A DNA stretch of 64,000 bases from Chrysomallon squamiferum (Eukaryota > Animalia > Mollusca): the NCBI GenBank assembly GCA_012295275.1, contig CM022679.1, positions 27,280,001 through 27,344,000 on the forward strand, written 5' to 3'. Below the pieces are notes generated by a model. That model was not told where the DNA came from. It worked only from the letters and a program-made list of their open reading frames with translations, and searched no databases. The stretch's first letter is position 1. Each line of letters starts with the position of its first letter. A program made the position numbers and the translations under genes. Of this stretch, positions 25,272 to 41,996 are shown in pieces.

Positions 25272-26990
25272 TTTTTTTTAAATTATTTTTAGTAATTATT
25301 TTAAAACATTTTTATTTCACAGCCCTGTACTCTACTTATTCCAGTGCGTTTCTGTTTATATGAAAATTATGTTCCCTTGTGAGGAAGGATGATTATGAAT
25401 ATAATTAGTTCAAGTATCGTTTAATCAGAAATAAAGTAATCTAATAGTATGTTAATAAATAAACAAATCAAACGGAATAATAAAGGTATCAATAAAATGT
25501 TTAAAAAAAACAACAAAAATGAGATGAAATAAAATAAAATTAAAAAGATAAAGAAAAAGTCTCACAGTTTATTCAGTCACACTTTTTATTTGAGAATCTT
25601 CAGTGTTAATAGGGATACATTGATATATGTGTGTACATCAGAGTATGGAACGAAAAACAACAAACAAAAAAAACAAAAACAAAAATCAAAACCAAAAAAA
25701 AACCAACAACAAAAAACAACATCAAATAAACAAACAAAAAAACAAACAAAAAAATAAAACTTTAAAAAAACCCAGTATAAATACAAAGATATATTAAAAT
25801 ATAGAAAAACTACAAAATCTTATTTCAAAACATTTCATCACAGGCAAGTCATGATTATTATAAAGCTATTTCTTTTCAAAAGCACGTGACCTTTTGGCAC
25901 ATTATAATAGTTTTAGTGCCACAACACGTAAGTCACGTTTATCCAAGAAACTTCGCCATTCTTCAGAAGACAGTCCCTTTATACTGATACTTCTAATAAC
26001 AATCATACAGAAAAAAAAAAAAAAATGTTTAGAGATAATATCGTATTTTCGATTCCTTTTACATGCTCAGGATTTCTCAGGAAAGAAAAAGAAAAAGAAA
26101 AATTGGAGAGTAGTCTGTTCTCTGGGAATATATTATTCATTAATCACAAGCTACTACATCATTATTTTTCAGATACTGACTGGCACAAGAGAAATTTTCG
26201 ATTATATAAAAGTTACAAATAAATGCATTCGTAAAGTGTTAATTAATTTTGTGTAATTAAGCTGTCATCTCCAGTTATAGCTGAACAATAAATATTATTT
26301 ATTTATTTATTTATTTATTTATCATAAAAGAAGAACGAATGTAGATTTCTGTAAATAGACGTCTGCTTCTTTTATTTGCAACACAGCTCTGACGTCACAG
26401 GTCTGACATTCTTATCACAGCAATAATATGATTATTTCTCTGCCTCTTTTGGTCTAATTTATCTATCGATTAATATTTATATTTATTTTTTTTAATTTTT
26501 ATTTTTATTTTTATTTTAATTTATTAATTTATTTGTATTTTATTAGTTTTCTTCAGTTTATCTGCTGCATGAGATAACAAACTAGGTTAAGCTGAAATCA
26601 GGTGAGGTTAGACGTGTCACGTGATGTACGCGAAGTAACATTTCTCAGGAAGCAGAACCGAGTAGTAATATCACACTGACATATGAAACCATGACTACAC
26701 ACATTATTCAATTGTCAAAGCAGAAATTTTAAAATCAGATTTAATACAAAGAACACAATGATTTCGTATTTTCTGTTTCCTTATCTCTAACATTTCGTCA
26801 TTTCTTCAGGAACTATATAAATACGGGTTTGTTTAGAAGTCCAAATATGGAACTGATTACCATGGGCAGTTTATCGATCAAAATAACGAGTTCGTGTGAG
26901 GGTAATACAAAACCTGCTAAGGTTTTTATTTCACATTTCTTCGAGAATCTTTTTTAAATTTTATTTTATTATTTTTCTTAGGGGGAGATT

Positions 26991-27063
<73 letters not shown>

Positions 27064-28750
27064 ATTATTTTATTTTTTTAAAATTATTTTAAGTAATTAT
27101 TTTAAAACATTTTTATTTCACAGCCCTCTACTCTACTTATTCCAGTGCGTTTCTGTTTATATGAAAATTATGTTCCCTTGTGAGGAACGGTGATTATGAA
27201 TATAATTAGTTCAAGCTCTGCTTAATCAGAAATAAAGTAATCTAATAGTATGTTAATAAATAAACAAATCAAACGGAATAATAAAGGTATCAATAAAATG
27301 TTTAAAAAAAACAACAAAAATGAGATGAAATAAAATAAAATAAAAAAGATAAAGAAAAAGTCTCACAGTTTATTCAGTCACACTTTTTATTTGAGAATAT
27401 TCAGTGTTAATAGGGATACATTGATATATGTGTGTAGATCAGAGTATGGAACGAAAAACAACAAACAAAAAAAACAAAAAACAAAACCAAAACCAACAAA
27501 AACCAACAACAAAAAACAACATCAAATAAACAAACAAAAAAACAAACAAAAAAAAAAACTTTAAAAAACCCCAGTATAAATACAAAGATATATTAAAATC
27601 TTATTTCAAAACATTTCATCACAGGCAAGTCATGATTATTATAAAGCTATTTCTTTTCAAAAGAACGTGACTTTTTGGCACATTATAATAGTTTTAGTGC
27701 CACAACCCGTAAGTCACGTTTTCCCAAGAAACTTCGCCATTCTTCAGAAAACAGTACCTTTATACTGATACTTCTAATAACAATCATACAGAAAAAAAAA
27801 AAAATGTTTAGAGATAATATCGTATTTTCGATTCCTTTTACATGCTCAGGATTTCTCAGGAAAGAAAAAGAAAAAGAAAAATTGGAGAGTAGTCTGTTCT
27901 CTGGGAATATATTATTCATTAATCACAAGCTACTACATCATTATTTTTCAGAAACTGACTGGCACAAGAGAAATTTTCGATTATATAAAAGTTACAAATA
28001 AATGCATTCGTAAAGTGTCAACTAATTTTGTGTAATTAAGCTGTCATCTCCAGTTATAGCTGAACAATAAATATTATCTATTTATTTATTTATTTATTTA
28101 TTTATTTATAATAAAAGAAGAACGAATGTAGATTTCTGTAAATAGACGTCTGCTTCTTTTATTTGCAACACAGCTGTGACGTCACAGGTCTGACATTCAT
28201 ATGACAGCAATAATATGATTATTTCTCTGCCTCTTTTGGTCTAATTTATCTGTCGATTAATATTTATATTTATTTTTATTTAATTTTTATTTTTATTTTA
28301 ATTTATTAATTTGTTTGTATTTTATTAGTTTTCTTCAGTTTATCTGCTGCATGAGATAACAAACTAGGTTAAGCTGAAATCATGGGGGGGTTAGACGTGT
28401 CACGTGATTTACGCGAAATAACAATTCTCAGGAAGCAGAACCGAGTAGTAATATCACACTGACATATGAAACCATGACTACACACATTATTCAAATGACA
28501 AAGCAGAAATTTTAAAATCAGATTTAATACAAAGAACACAATGATTTCGTATTTTCTGTTTCCTTATCTCTCACGTGTCATCATTTCTTCAGGAAATATA
28601 TAGATAATTCTTTTTTTTTTTAGAAGTCCAAATATTGAACTGATTATGTTAAGTTTATTGTGTTAAGTTTATCGATCAAAATAACAAGTACGTGTCAGAG
28701 TAATACAAAACCTGTTAAGGTTTTTATTTTACATTTCCTCGAGAATCGGG
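24500..28750. repeat. Tandem ~1.75-1.8 kb non-coding duplication (~2.4 copies)
   Basis: The anchor GCAACACAGCT(C/G)TGACGTCACAGG recurs at ~24629, ~26378 and ~28165 with near-identical flanks. The units include copies of 30080-30770 and inverted copies of pieces from 13-14.4 kb. Confidence 0.9.
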
Positions 28751-29042
28751 AAAAATATAAATTTCTTCAAGAAACAAAAAGACACGTCAGGCACAATCAT
28801 AGTTATTCCTTCAACTACCACTAATCATAAAGTTTCTTTTGAAATAAATAATAATAATATTACGCAAGGACTTAAGAAAGGGGTTATTCTGAAATGCACG
28901 AATTCTTGTTTTACTATCTGTTCTTAATTGAAAAGGAAAGAACGGTTTAAAGAACGGATGAATTACGTGTTCAAAAACAACAACAACAACAACAACAAAA
29001 AAGAGAGAGAGCAAAAGAGAAAGAGAGGAAGGGAGAAACAAA

Positions 29043-29135
<93 letters not shown>

Positions 29136-29412
29136 AAAAAATGAAAAAAAAAAGACAATTCAGTTATGCAAGCTCACACCTTCATAAACAAAACAAAGAG
29201 TTCGTACTTTATATTTCCTTATCTTTCGTCATTTCTTCAGGAAAGAATTAAAGTGTTTGTGTTTTGTTTATATATTTTAGGCGATCATAATGAAAAAAAA
29301 AATACATGCAATTTTCTCAAAATAGCCATGCGTCAGCATAACCAGACCTTTCGACAACAATTGCTTCTTCTTTCATGTTACTTATTTTATTACATTAACT
29401 AATTAAATATTC

Positions 29413-29467
<55 letters not shown>

Positions 29468-29842
29468 GATGTAATGAGATACGTGAATGCGATAGAAAAA
29501 TTATATAAATAAGATTTAAAATTCCAGATATGGAATTTGTTGGCGTGGCGTTCAGTTTATGGATCAAAGTAAAAAGATAGTGTGAGAGGTAATATAAAAC
29601 CTAATTTTTACAGTTCAAGGAATTTTACATTTCCTCTCGAGTCAGAAAAATCTAATTTCTTCAAGAAATAATAATACAGGTCACATGTAATTATAGTTTG
29701 TCCTTCACCACACCACTAACAAACTATTTTAAATAAAACATTAATCTCACAAACTGAGTACCAGGGAGTTTAGAAAAATAATACAAATCATTTGTACTAA
29801 TACTAATGTTAATAATAATATTTACTACTGCTACTGCTAGTG

Positions 29843-29914
<72 letters not shown>

Positions 29915-30106
29915 AGAAGGTGAAGGAATGAAATGAAATATTAGGTATATTTAACTAGAAACGGCAGCTATTCGCTATTTTTTATATCCATTTCTATGAC
30001 ACGATGTCATCAAAAAGACTGTAAAATTGCAACTTATGTGCAAATCTTTTCATGGTAAAAAAACATTTATGCTTTTTTTTAAATTATTTTTCTTTGGGAG
30101 AGGAAT

Positions 30107-30147
<41 letters not shown>

Positions 30148-30569
30148 GTGCGTGCGTGCGTGCGTGTGTGTGTTTTATTGTTTTAAAATTATTTTAAGTT
30201 ACTGACGGTAAAGCTTGTTCGGACCTCTGAGACTGGAAGAGGTCAAACATTTTTATTTCCCTCCCCTCTGCTGCAGCTTATTCCAACGTGTTTCTTCTTA
30301 CATGAAAATTATATTCCCTGGAGAGGAACGGTGATTAGTTAAGCTCTGTTTAATCAGAAATAAGGTAATTTAATAGTATTTAATAAAGGCATCAGTAAAA
30401 TATGACAAATAAAATGAGATGAAATAAAATAACATTAAAAAGATAAAGAAAGAACGACAACCAATGTCTCACATTTTATTCACTAATTGAGAATATTTGA
30501 GAATATTCATTGTTAATAGGGATACATTGATATATGTTGGTACATCAGTGTACGAAAGGCAAAAAAAAA

Positions 30570-30611
<42 letters not shown>

Positions 30612-30785
30612 TAAAAACAATAAGTCAAAAAAGGGTATAAATACAAAGATATATTAAAATATAGAAAAACTACAATATCTTATTTCAAAACATTTCATCA
30701 CAGTCAAGTCATGATTATTATAAAGCTTGTTTCTTTTCAATAGCACGTGACGTTTTGTCACATTACAACAATTCGAGTTTGTTGT

Positions 30786-31298
30786 TCAAGATGGCCACCA
30801 CCTCCAAGAGTCCGTTCTTTCGCAACACTCCCTTCCGTCACCGGCACAAGAGTACACATGCGCTCTGCCATTTCCGGTACATGACGTCATAGTTGCAGTG
30901 GAGCCATACGGGTTCGCCTGGTAAGTAGTTCTGCTCGCGTCAAACCGTGCTCTGTCTGGCGGGCGTTGGCTGCGAGGTGAATCGTACGGACCTGGCGGTT
31001 GCCTAGAAACGAACACCTGACCTGGATGGTTGGAGGACTGGTAAGTACTGAACGTTCCGTCAGGTCCTGAGGTCATCGTAGTACTCATATAATGACCACC
31101 ACCGCCACTGGAAGAAGAAGACGATGATGTTGACCAATGTCCAGTACCGGACCCTTGAAACCTTCCTGCAGAGGGCGTTTGTTTATATTGTGGTGGTGGT
31201 GGCCTCTGCGACCTGTTTGGTGGAACGTATGTGCACGTGTTTCCGCTACACGACCATGACCCTTTACCGCCTGACCCGGAATAAGAATGTGAAGACAT
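30786..31298 (-). CDS. Ser/Gly/Pro/Cys-rich 170-aa protein, paralogue of 15536-15940
   Basis: First ATG at 31298 (the track starts at a GTG). Reads MSSHSYSGSGGKGSWSCSGNTCTYVPP...TMTSGPDGTFSTYQSS...SWRWWPS*. Acceptor at 31337-31338 and a strong donor AG|GTAAGT at 32171. Confidence 0.8.
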   Translation of the reverse strand: MSSHSYSGSGGKGSWSCSGNTCTYVPPNRSQRPPPPQYKQTPSAGRFQGSGTGHWSTSSSSSSSGGGGHYMSTTMTSGPDGTFSTYQSSNHPGQVFVSRQPPGPYDSPRSQRPPDRARFDASRTTYQANPYGSTATMTSCTGNGRAHVYSCAGDGRECCERTDSWRWWPS

Positions 31299-31684
31299 GA
31301 CAGGCACGTTAATAGGTCAGTCGGTGACAGCAAGGCCTTAAAGAGAAAACGAATCGAATTAGATTAATTAAAAATATATTACGATTTGCAAATTGTTTAA
31401 ATTTTGCAGTTATTCCTTTACCTCTGGTTTCAGTTACATTTAGTAATTATCTCTCACAAACTGTGTGTGGGCGGCAAGAGGAACAAAAATACCGTTATCA
31501 AAAAGACGGGAATATATAAATAAATAAATAAATAAATAAATAAATTAAATTAAATAAATAAATAAAAGAAAGAAATAAAGAAATAAATAAATAAATAAAT
31601 AAATAAATAAAAATAATAATAAAATAAAATAAATAAATAAATAATAAAAATAAAATAAATAAATAAAAAATAAAATAAAAAAAT

Positions 31685-31716
<32 letters not shown>

Positions 31717-32170
31717 ATAAATAAATAAATAAAATAAAACAAAATAAAATAAAAGATAAATAAAATAAAATGAAATAAAATAAATAATAAATAAAAATAA
31801 AATAAATAAATAAATAAAATAGAAATTATAAATAATCTAACAAGCTATCGCTGATATCTGCAAGATAATCAATTTGATCTCTATTTGTTTATATTTGAAT
31901 AACGACTGCTTTTGTCAAACGCTAGATCTGAACTCAATTGATTCTATTATGTTAATGTTATTAATATTCTTTAAAATAAACTATATTTATAAATAACGAA
32001 CGAAAATAAATGAGTCATGAAACAGCCAACCTCTTACAGTCCACACAAAAAATCAAATATTTTATTATTATTAGTTGCAGTAGTAGCAGAAGTAGTAGTA
32101 GTTGTAGTAGTAGCACTAGTAGTAGTAGTAGTGGTGTATTAGTTGTAGAAATATTAAGACAAACACTTAC

Positions 32171-32300
32171 CTATTGAGACTGTACGTCTAAAATACACAA
32201 CACGCGCTCACTGACTCAAAGATCGGAATCTAAGCTGGCACTTCGCCAACGTTTGTCGTAAATTTTCCGAGAATTTCCTTTTTACTTGAGGACAGTCATG
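32171..32300 (-). promoter_or_regulatory. Non-coding first exon and promoter of the 170-aa gene
   Basis: AP-1-type TGACTCA at 32212-32218. GAS-type TTCCGAGAA at 32265-32273 overlapping kB-like GAGAATTTCC. Confidence 0.45.
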
Positions 32301-33744
32301 GGTTCTGTGAATACGTACTTCTAGCTGCCGAGATATTTTCTGTTATTGATTTTTATAAGTTTTAAATATATTTAAGTTGTTAGGATTTTGTGTCAGGATA
32401 AGGTTAATATATACCAACTTGAGGGGGGGGAGTAGGGGCCAGGGGAAAAAACCAACAAAAAAAACAACAACAAAAACACAATGACATAACTGTAAATACA
32501 CCTATCAAGATACGAAAACACCGATATTTCAAATTAACTGGGTCGTTTATAAACACGACTATTTATAGAAAAGAAAAAGAAACGCAACAGCTTTTGATAT
32601 AGCTTTGTTACTGTCTATTGAGATAAACAGAGGCGACGTCATCCTATATTGTGCTAAAACCGTCAGACGGTTTACAGTGAAAGCCAAGCTACCTTTGATC
32701 AACCTTGTGTGTCTGCATGTCTGTCTATGTGTGTTATTAAAGTAATAAATCGTTACGTCTGTCTATGTGTGTTATACCAGTAATAAATCGTTACGTTGTT
32801 ATGTACCAGATCGAGGTCAATTAATAGCATGACGAAAATCACGTATACCAACTATAAATTATAATGGATTTTACAGGGTGGTGGGAGAGGCGAGTTTTTT
32901 AAACTGTATCTGTCTTTTTAATTTATGGGCTATAAAATTAACAATATGTACATCCAGTTTATAACTAACTAGGCAATAAATATTTTACAACTTTAATGTT
33001 TTAAAAAGTCTGTACGAAAGAGGAAGAGAGAATAATGTTTGATTAAAGAATATTAGATCAAAACTACTTAAAAGACTGAGTCTCCTGATTGCCATTGTCT
33101 GAATTTCTTTATAATAAGGCTGTCGCTTTTTAAAGAAACTTAAGAATGTTTGAATGCTCTTTTTATTATTATTTATGTGTATATAGCTTTATTATACACA
33201 GCATAAACTGGACTTTCAGATTTTTATTTTATTATTATTTAGTTTTTTTTTTTGGGGGGTACTCAAATTACTGAGATACGGCTTGATTCCTAACATAAAT
33301 TAAAAAGAAAATACATATTATCGTTTGATACGATTTATTTATTTAATGTTATCTTCAAATACAGAAGAAAAAAATATATAATATTAATAATTACAGTAAT
33401 TATAATAATAAAAAAAATAAATAAATAAAAATTACATATATTTTTTGTTTAAACTAGACATACAAAATAATTATAAAAACAATTTAAACAGAAAATAAAA
33501 TGGAAATATAATATCTATAAACAATGAAATTCAAAACAAAATAAACCAAGAAAGAAAGAAAGAATAAATGAATTAACGAAATGAAATAAAAGTTTAAAAA
33601 TCGAACTTTAAAAAAAGATGCAGATATGATTTAGACAACAGTGTTTCTTTAAGACGTAGCGAATGAAATGAACATTTTTACGAGAAATAAATTTGCCATG
33701 ACTGAAATGGTAACCGTATCTAAGAATTATTTTTGACAACAAAA

Positions 33745-33790
33745 CGCCGCCGCCATTTTAATTACATCCGGTCAGCGCATGCGCGCTTTT
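33745..33790. promoter_or_regulatory. NRF1 + YY1-type promoter signature
   Basis: CCGCCATTTT at 33750-33759 and GCGCATGCGC at 33775-33784. Confidence 0.4.
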
Positions 33791-33837
33791 TGTTTCCTGT
33801 CGCCTTATAGACTGGTTCTTATTCAGTGGGTTTGGGA

Positions 33838-34029
33838 TCATTTTGGTTGACTGGACGACTTGGAATCTACGTTAGGTCCTTGCTGCGTACCACCACGACT
33901 GGACGACGGAGCTGTCGTCGTCGGCGTGCCAGCGTTAGGTCCAGGTTTTGTCGCTTGAGATTTCGGCGCCGCGTCCGGTTTCTTATTGGGAGAAATGTAC
34001 GTGCACGCGCCACCACTGCAAGACCACAT
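33838..34029 (-). CDS. 63-aa Pro/Ser/Thr-rich microprotein with an N-terminal WSCSGxxCTY motif
   Basis: MWSCSGGACTYISPN aligns with SWSCSGNTCTYVPPN of the 170-aa protein. Acceptor tttcccag ends at 34073. In-frame upstream stop at 34057-34059. The segment is GC-rich. Confidence 0.7.
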   Translation of the reverse strand: MWSCSGGACTYISPNKKPDAAPKSQATKPGPNAGTPTTTAPSSSRGGTQQGPNVDSKSSSQPK

Positions 34030-34287
34030 CCTGGTACCTGGCGATTTTTCTGTTACCTAATGTACCTCAAACCTGGGAAATATAAATAAATAAATAAAAT
34101 AAATAAATAAATAAATAAGTAAGTAAATAAATAAATAAAATGACTTATAAATGTCTCGAATACAGATAGTAAGTATACATATATAGTATGTATTAGTAAT
34201 ACAAATAGTGGTGATGCTGATTAGTAGAGTGATGGTAGTATTGGTAGTAGTGGTAGTAGTTCTAGTTGCTGAAATAGTAGAAGTATG

Positions 34288-34332
<45 letters not shown>

Positions 34333-34985
34333 ATAATAATAGTAATAGCCGTAGTAACTGTAGTAGTGGCAGTAATAATTGTAATAGTAGTAATTGTGGT
34401 GTGATGGTGATGTTGATTTTAGTTGTAACAGTGGTAGTAGCAGTGGCATAAAATGTTCAGGTAACAGTAGTAGTAGTCTTTTTATATAATAGTACAGTAA
34501 CGACACCAACTAAAAAATATAAATACTAACAAAATAATATGAAGAAACAACAACAACAGAAAAAAGAAATCGTAATTTATTATTTAGTATTTCCGTAATG
34601 TCTTTTGTTTTTAATTCCGTCTTGTCTTTTCTTTAATTACTGCAATGTCCTTTTGTGTAATCACGGAAATAAGCCGATCATTAACGAGTGTTTGTGTAAT
34701 GTGTTCCTATGGCAGTTTGTTGCGTGTTAAAAGACGCAAAAAATACATGTTTGTTTGCTTCATTAGTTGCATAGTGATCACCTGCTCTGTGCGATGAACA
34801 AGAAAGAAAAGTGACAATGTGGAAAACGCCAACAGTTAACAGCGCTGTACTTCACGTTAACGTGGGCAGTGACAGCAGCTGCGTTCACGCAAATTTAATT
34901 TCACAGAAAGACAGTTGTGTTGTATTAAGTCACTTTACCGTAATTATGTATTATCTAAGTTTGTATATATATGTGTATGTGTGTG

Positions 34986-35019
<34 letters not shown>

Positions 35020-35082
35020 TCTTTGTATTTATGTATGTATGTAAGTTTGTATATATGTTTTGTATGTATGTATGTATGTATG

Positions 35083-35123
<41 letters not shown>

Positions 35124-35259
35124 GTGTGTACATATGAATGTATGTATGTATATATGTAAGTTTGTATATATGTGTGTGTGTATGTATGCCTGTATGTATG
35201 TATGTGTGTATACATATATAGTTATTATATATGTGTGTGTGTATGTATGTGCGTATGTT

Positions 35260-35292
<33 letters not shown>

Positions 35293-36273
35293 GTATGTCT
35301 TTACGTATGTATTTATGTATGTGTATACATGTGAATGTATGGATGTACCTACATATATCTGATTCTGCATTCATACACTTATTACACAGACACACATATT
35401 TACACATCTCGATATGCATTAAGATCATAATAAAATGAACGGGATCCATATGTAACTCATTAGGATCGATCCGAATGACTTCATAATAAAAAAAAAAAAA
35501 AAAATAGAAGAATGTACTGTACTTCAGTACAGTGTGTTATTCAGACAGATAAGGTGATCGAAATCGGAGTACCTGACTTTAGACTCGTACGGGTATATTA
35601 CCTCCCATTCATAGCTCGCTACATTGACAAACACCTGACCTAAAAGAGCGAGTAACGTGATCAAGTACACATACACCAGCCAGACTAAATTGAACGAATT
35701 TGTCGTTTCGCGATAAAAAAATCCTTACTCAGTCTTTTTAGTTAATTGACTAAATCATATACATGTGTGTTTGTAAACACATATATATATTCAATTTAAT
35801 GCCGTTTTATTATGAATCAAATTTAGATATAAAAAATAAAGTTAAAGTATTTGTTATTGGGAGTACTTCAATGGTCAGAACTCCGAAATAAAATACGAAA
35901 AATGTCTGGCTGGTTCCCGTTCCAACCTCTGTCTCCTGACAGCTAAATTAAAGACTGTAGTACATGAATTCCTGTAAATGGGAAGGAGCACAACAAAATC
36001 ACTTTATGCACATGGAATTGTTGAAGCAGCTTTTCTATCGTTTATGATTAAAAAAGAGAATATTTAACTAACAACAGTCATATGTTAAAATGTTTCGAGG
36101 TTTTGTTAAACATAAACTGAAAAGCCTCATTGTCATAGTCAGAAATTAAAGTATTTATTCAGCCGTAAGAAGAAATAAAAACATATAAGATAAACTGCTG
36201 AATAATTCATTTTGTCAGAAATAAATCTAAATAAATTTACTTCAAAGACCGAGCCATTTTTAATCAAATTATT

Positions 36274-36323
<50 letters not shown>

Positions 36324-36688
36324 TAATAATAATAATAATTCATGATATGAACTGTTACAGTGTCGTTATATTAAATGTATAAACAAAACAATAAAAAAAA
36401 AAAAAAAAAATGCACAGTATAATGATATGTAATATTACGAATGACTAAAACGAAGCTAATCTGAAGGTCACACACAATGTAATGTACGTAATATTATGTA
36501 AATTCCACTGATGGAGACCGCACCAACAAACACGCCTCGACGTGTACCTCGACCGTGAATGGGTATTTAGTAACAGTTCGCTATAGTTCACTAAAGAAAT
36601 TATTTTTATCTGATATAAACTGTTAGAGAAAATCTTTAGGCACAGCAGAGTTTATGAGACCGTTTTAAAAAATAATGCAGGGTGAAAT

Positions 36689-36690
<2 letters not shown>

Positions 36691-36779
<89 letters not shown>
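36691..36779. repeat. (AG)n microsatellite, representative of the many (AG)n, (TAA)n, (ATTT)n, (CA)n and (TAG)n tracts in the window
   Basis: Directly visible perfect dinucleotide run. Confidence 0.95.
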
Positions 36780-36783
<4 letters not shown>

Positions 36784-37268
36784 AATGACGTATTTTGATA
36801 CAACACATACTAAAATATTGATCTCAGTGACGTCACCATCTTTAAACTAAAGGATGTTTTTCTGTGTAATACTTCAGTTATCATACGATCATATATAAAT
36901 TTTAAGAAAGTCAGACAGACAGAAAGAAATGAAGAAAAACAAATAAAACAAACATAAAAATAAACGTATTTTGTTTATCCTTAAATCACGACTTACTGGT
37001 TACTGTATTAGTAGATTTTAGAAATCTGATATCTGATGCTCCTTCTGTATTTACTGCTGTTGCTACTACTACTAGTTCCAGCACTGCTACTGCTTATACA
37101 ATAACTACTACTGCTACTATTACTCCGTTACAAGTACAATATGCACTATTACGTTTCTGCTAATATAAGTATTGTAAATAATATCACTTAAACTAGTAGT
37201 TAAATTGTTTTACTGCTGCTGCCGCTGCTATTAGTGTTGTTGTTATTATTATTGTTGATGTTGTTGTA

Positions 37269-37303
<35 letters not shown>

Positions 37304-37792
37304 AAAGAGAACTGGATACAACACAGTCTACTACCAACATATGTTCACTAACATTAAACAAAAAAATCGATAAAAATCCTGCACGCTCTTCATTATATAC
37401 AGCATGACTATTTGTTATTGTAAAGGACGTAAATTACTATATTAATTACATGTGCTAACACATTAATTAGCATCCAGGTGTGAATAAACATGGATTAAAC
37501 TCATTATTATAATTATTTATTCCTTTCTATTCCAGTACAATTGATAAGTTAACTTTCGTGTTTCTCTTTTGTTTAAAATGTTTTGTCCTCGTATTAGCTT
37601 TGTATACGATCATCCGCAAAATATGTTGCAACAATTGCCATGGTAATAGCTATCACGTGACTTAATTCACCAATGGCTTTGTGACAATCCATCGGCCAAC
37701 CTTGATATCTTTCCGATCGATGCTGTGAAAACACAACTTGAGAGTTGACTGGAAGAGTAACACGCGGCAATAGAACACTGACGTTATCAGAT

Positions 37793-41996
<4,204 letters not shown>

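Noticed and set aside
25894-28001. Paralogous ORFs MAHYNSFSATTRK... in the tandem units
   Set aside because: They start at TTG, the frames differ between copies at a poly-A run, they are AT-rich, and they have no recognisable domain or splice structure.
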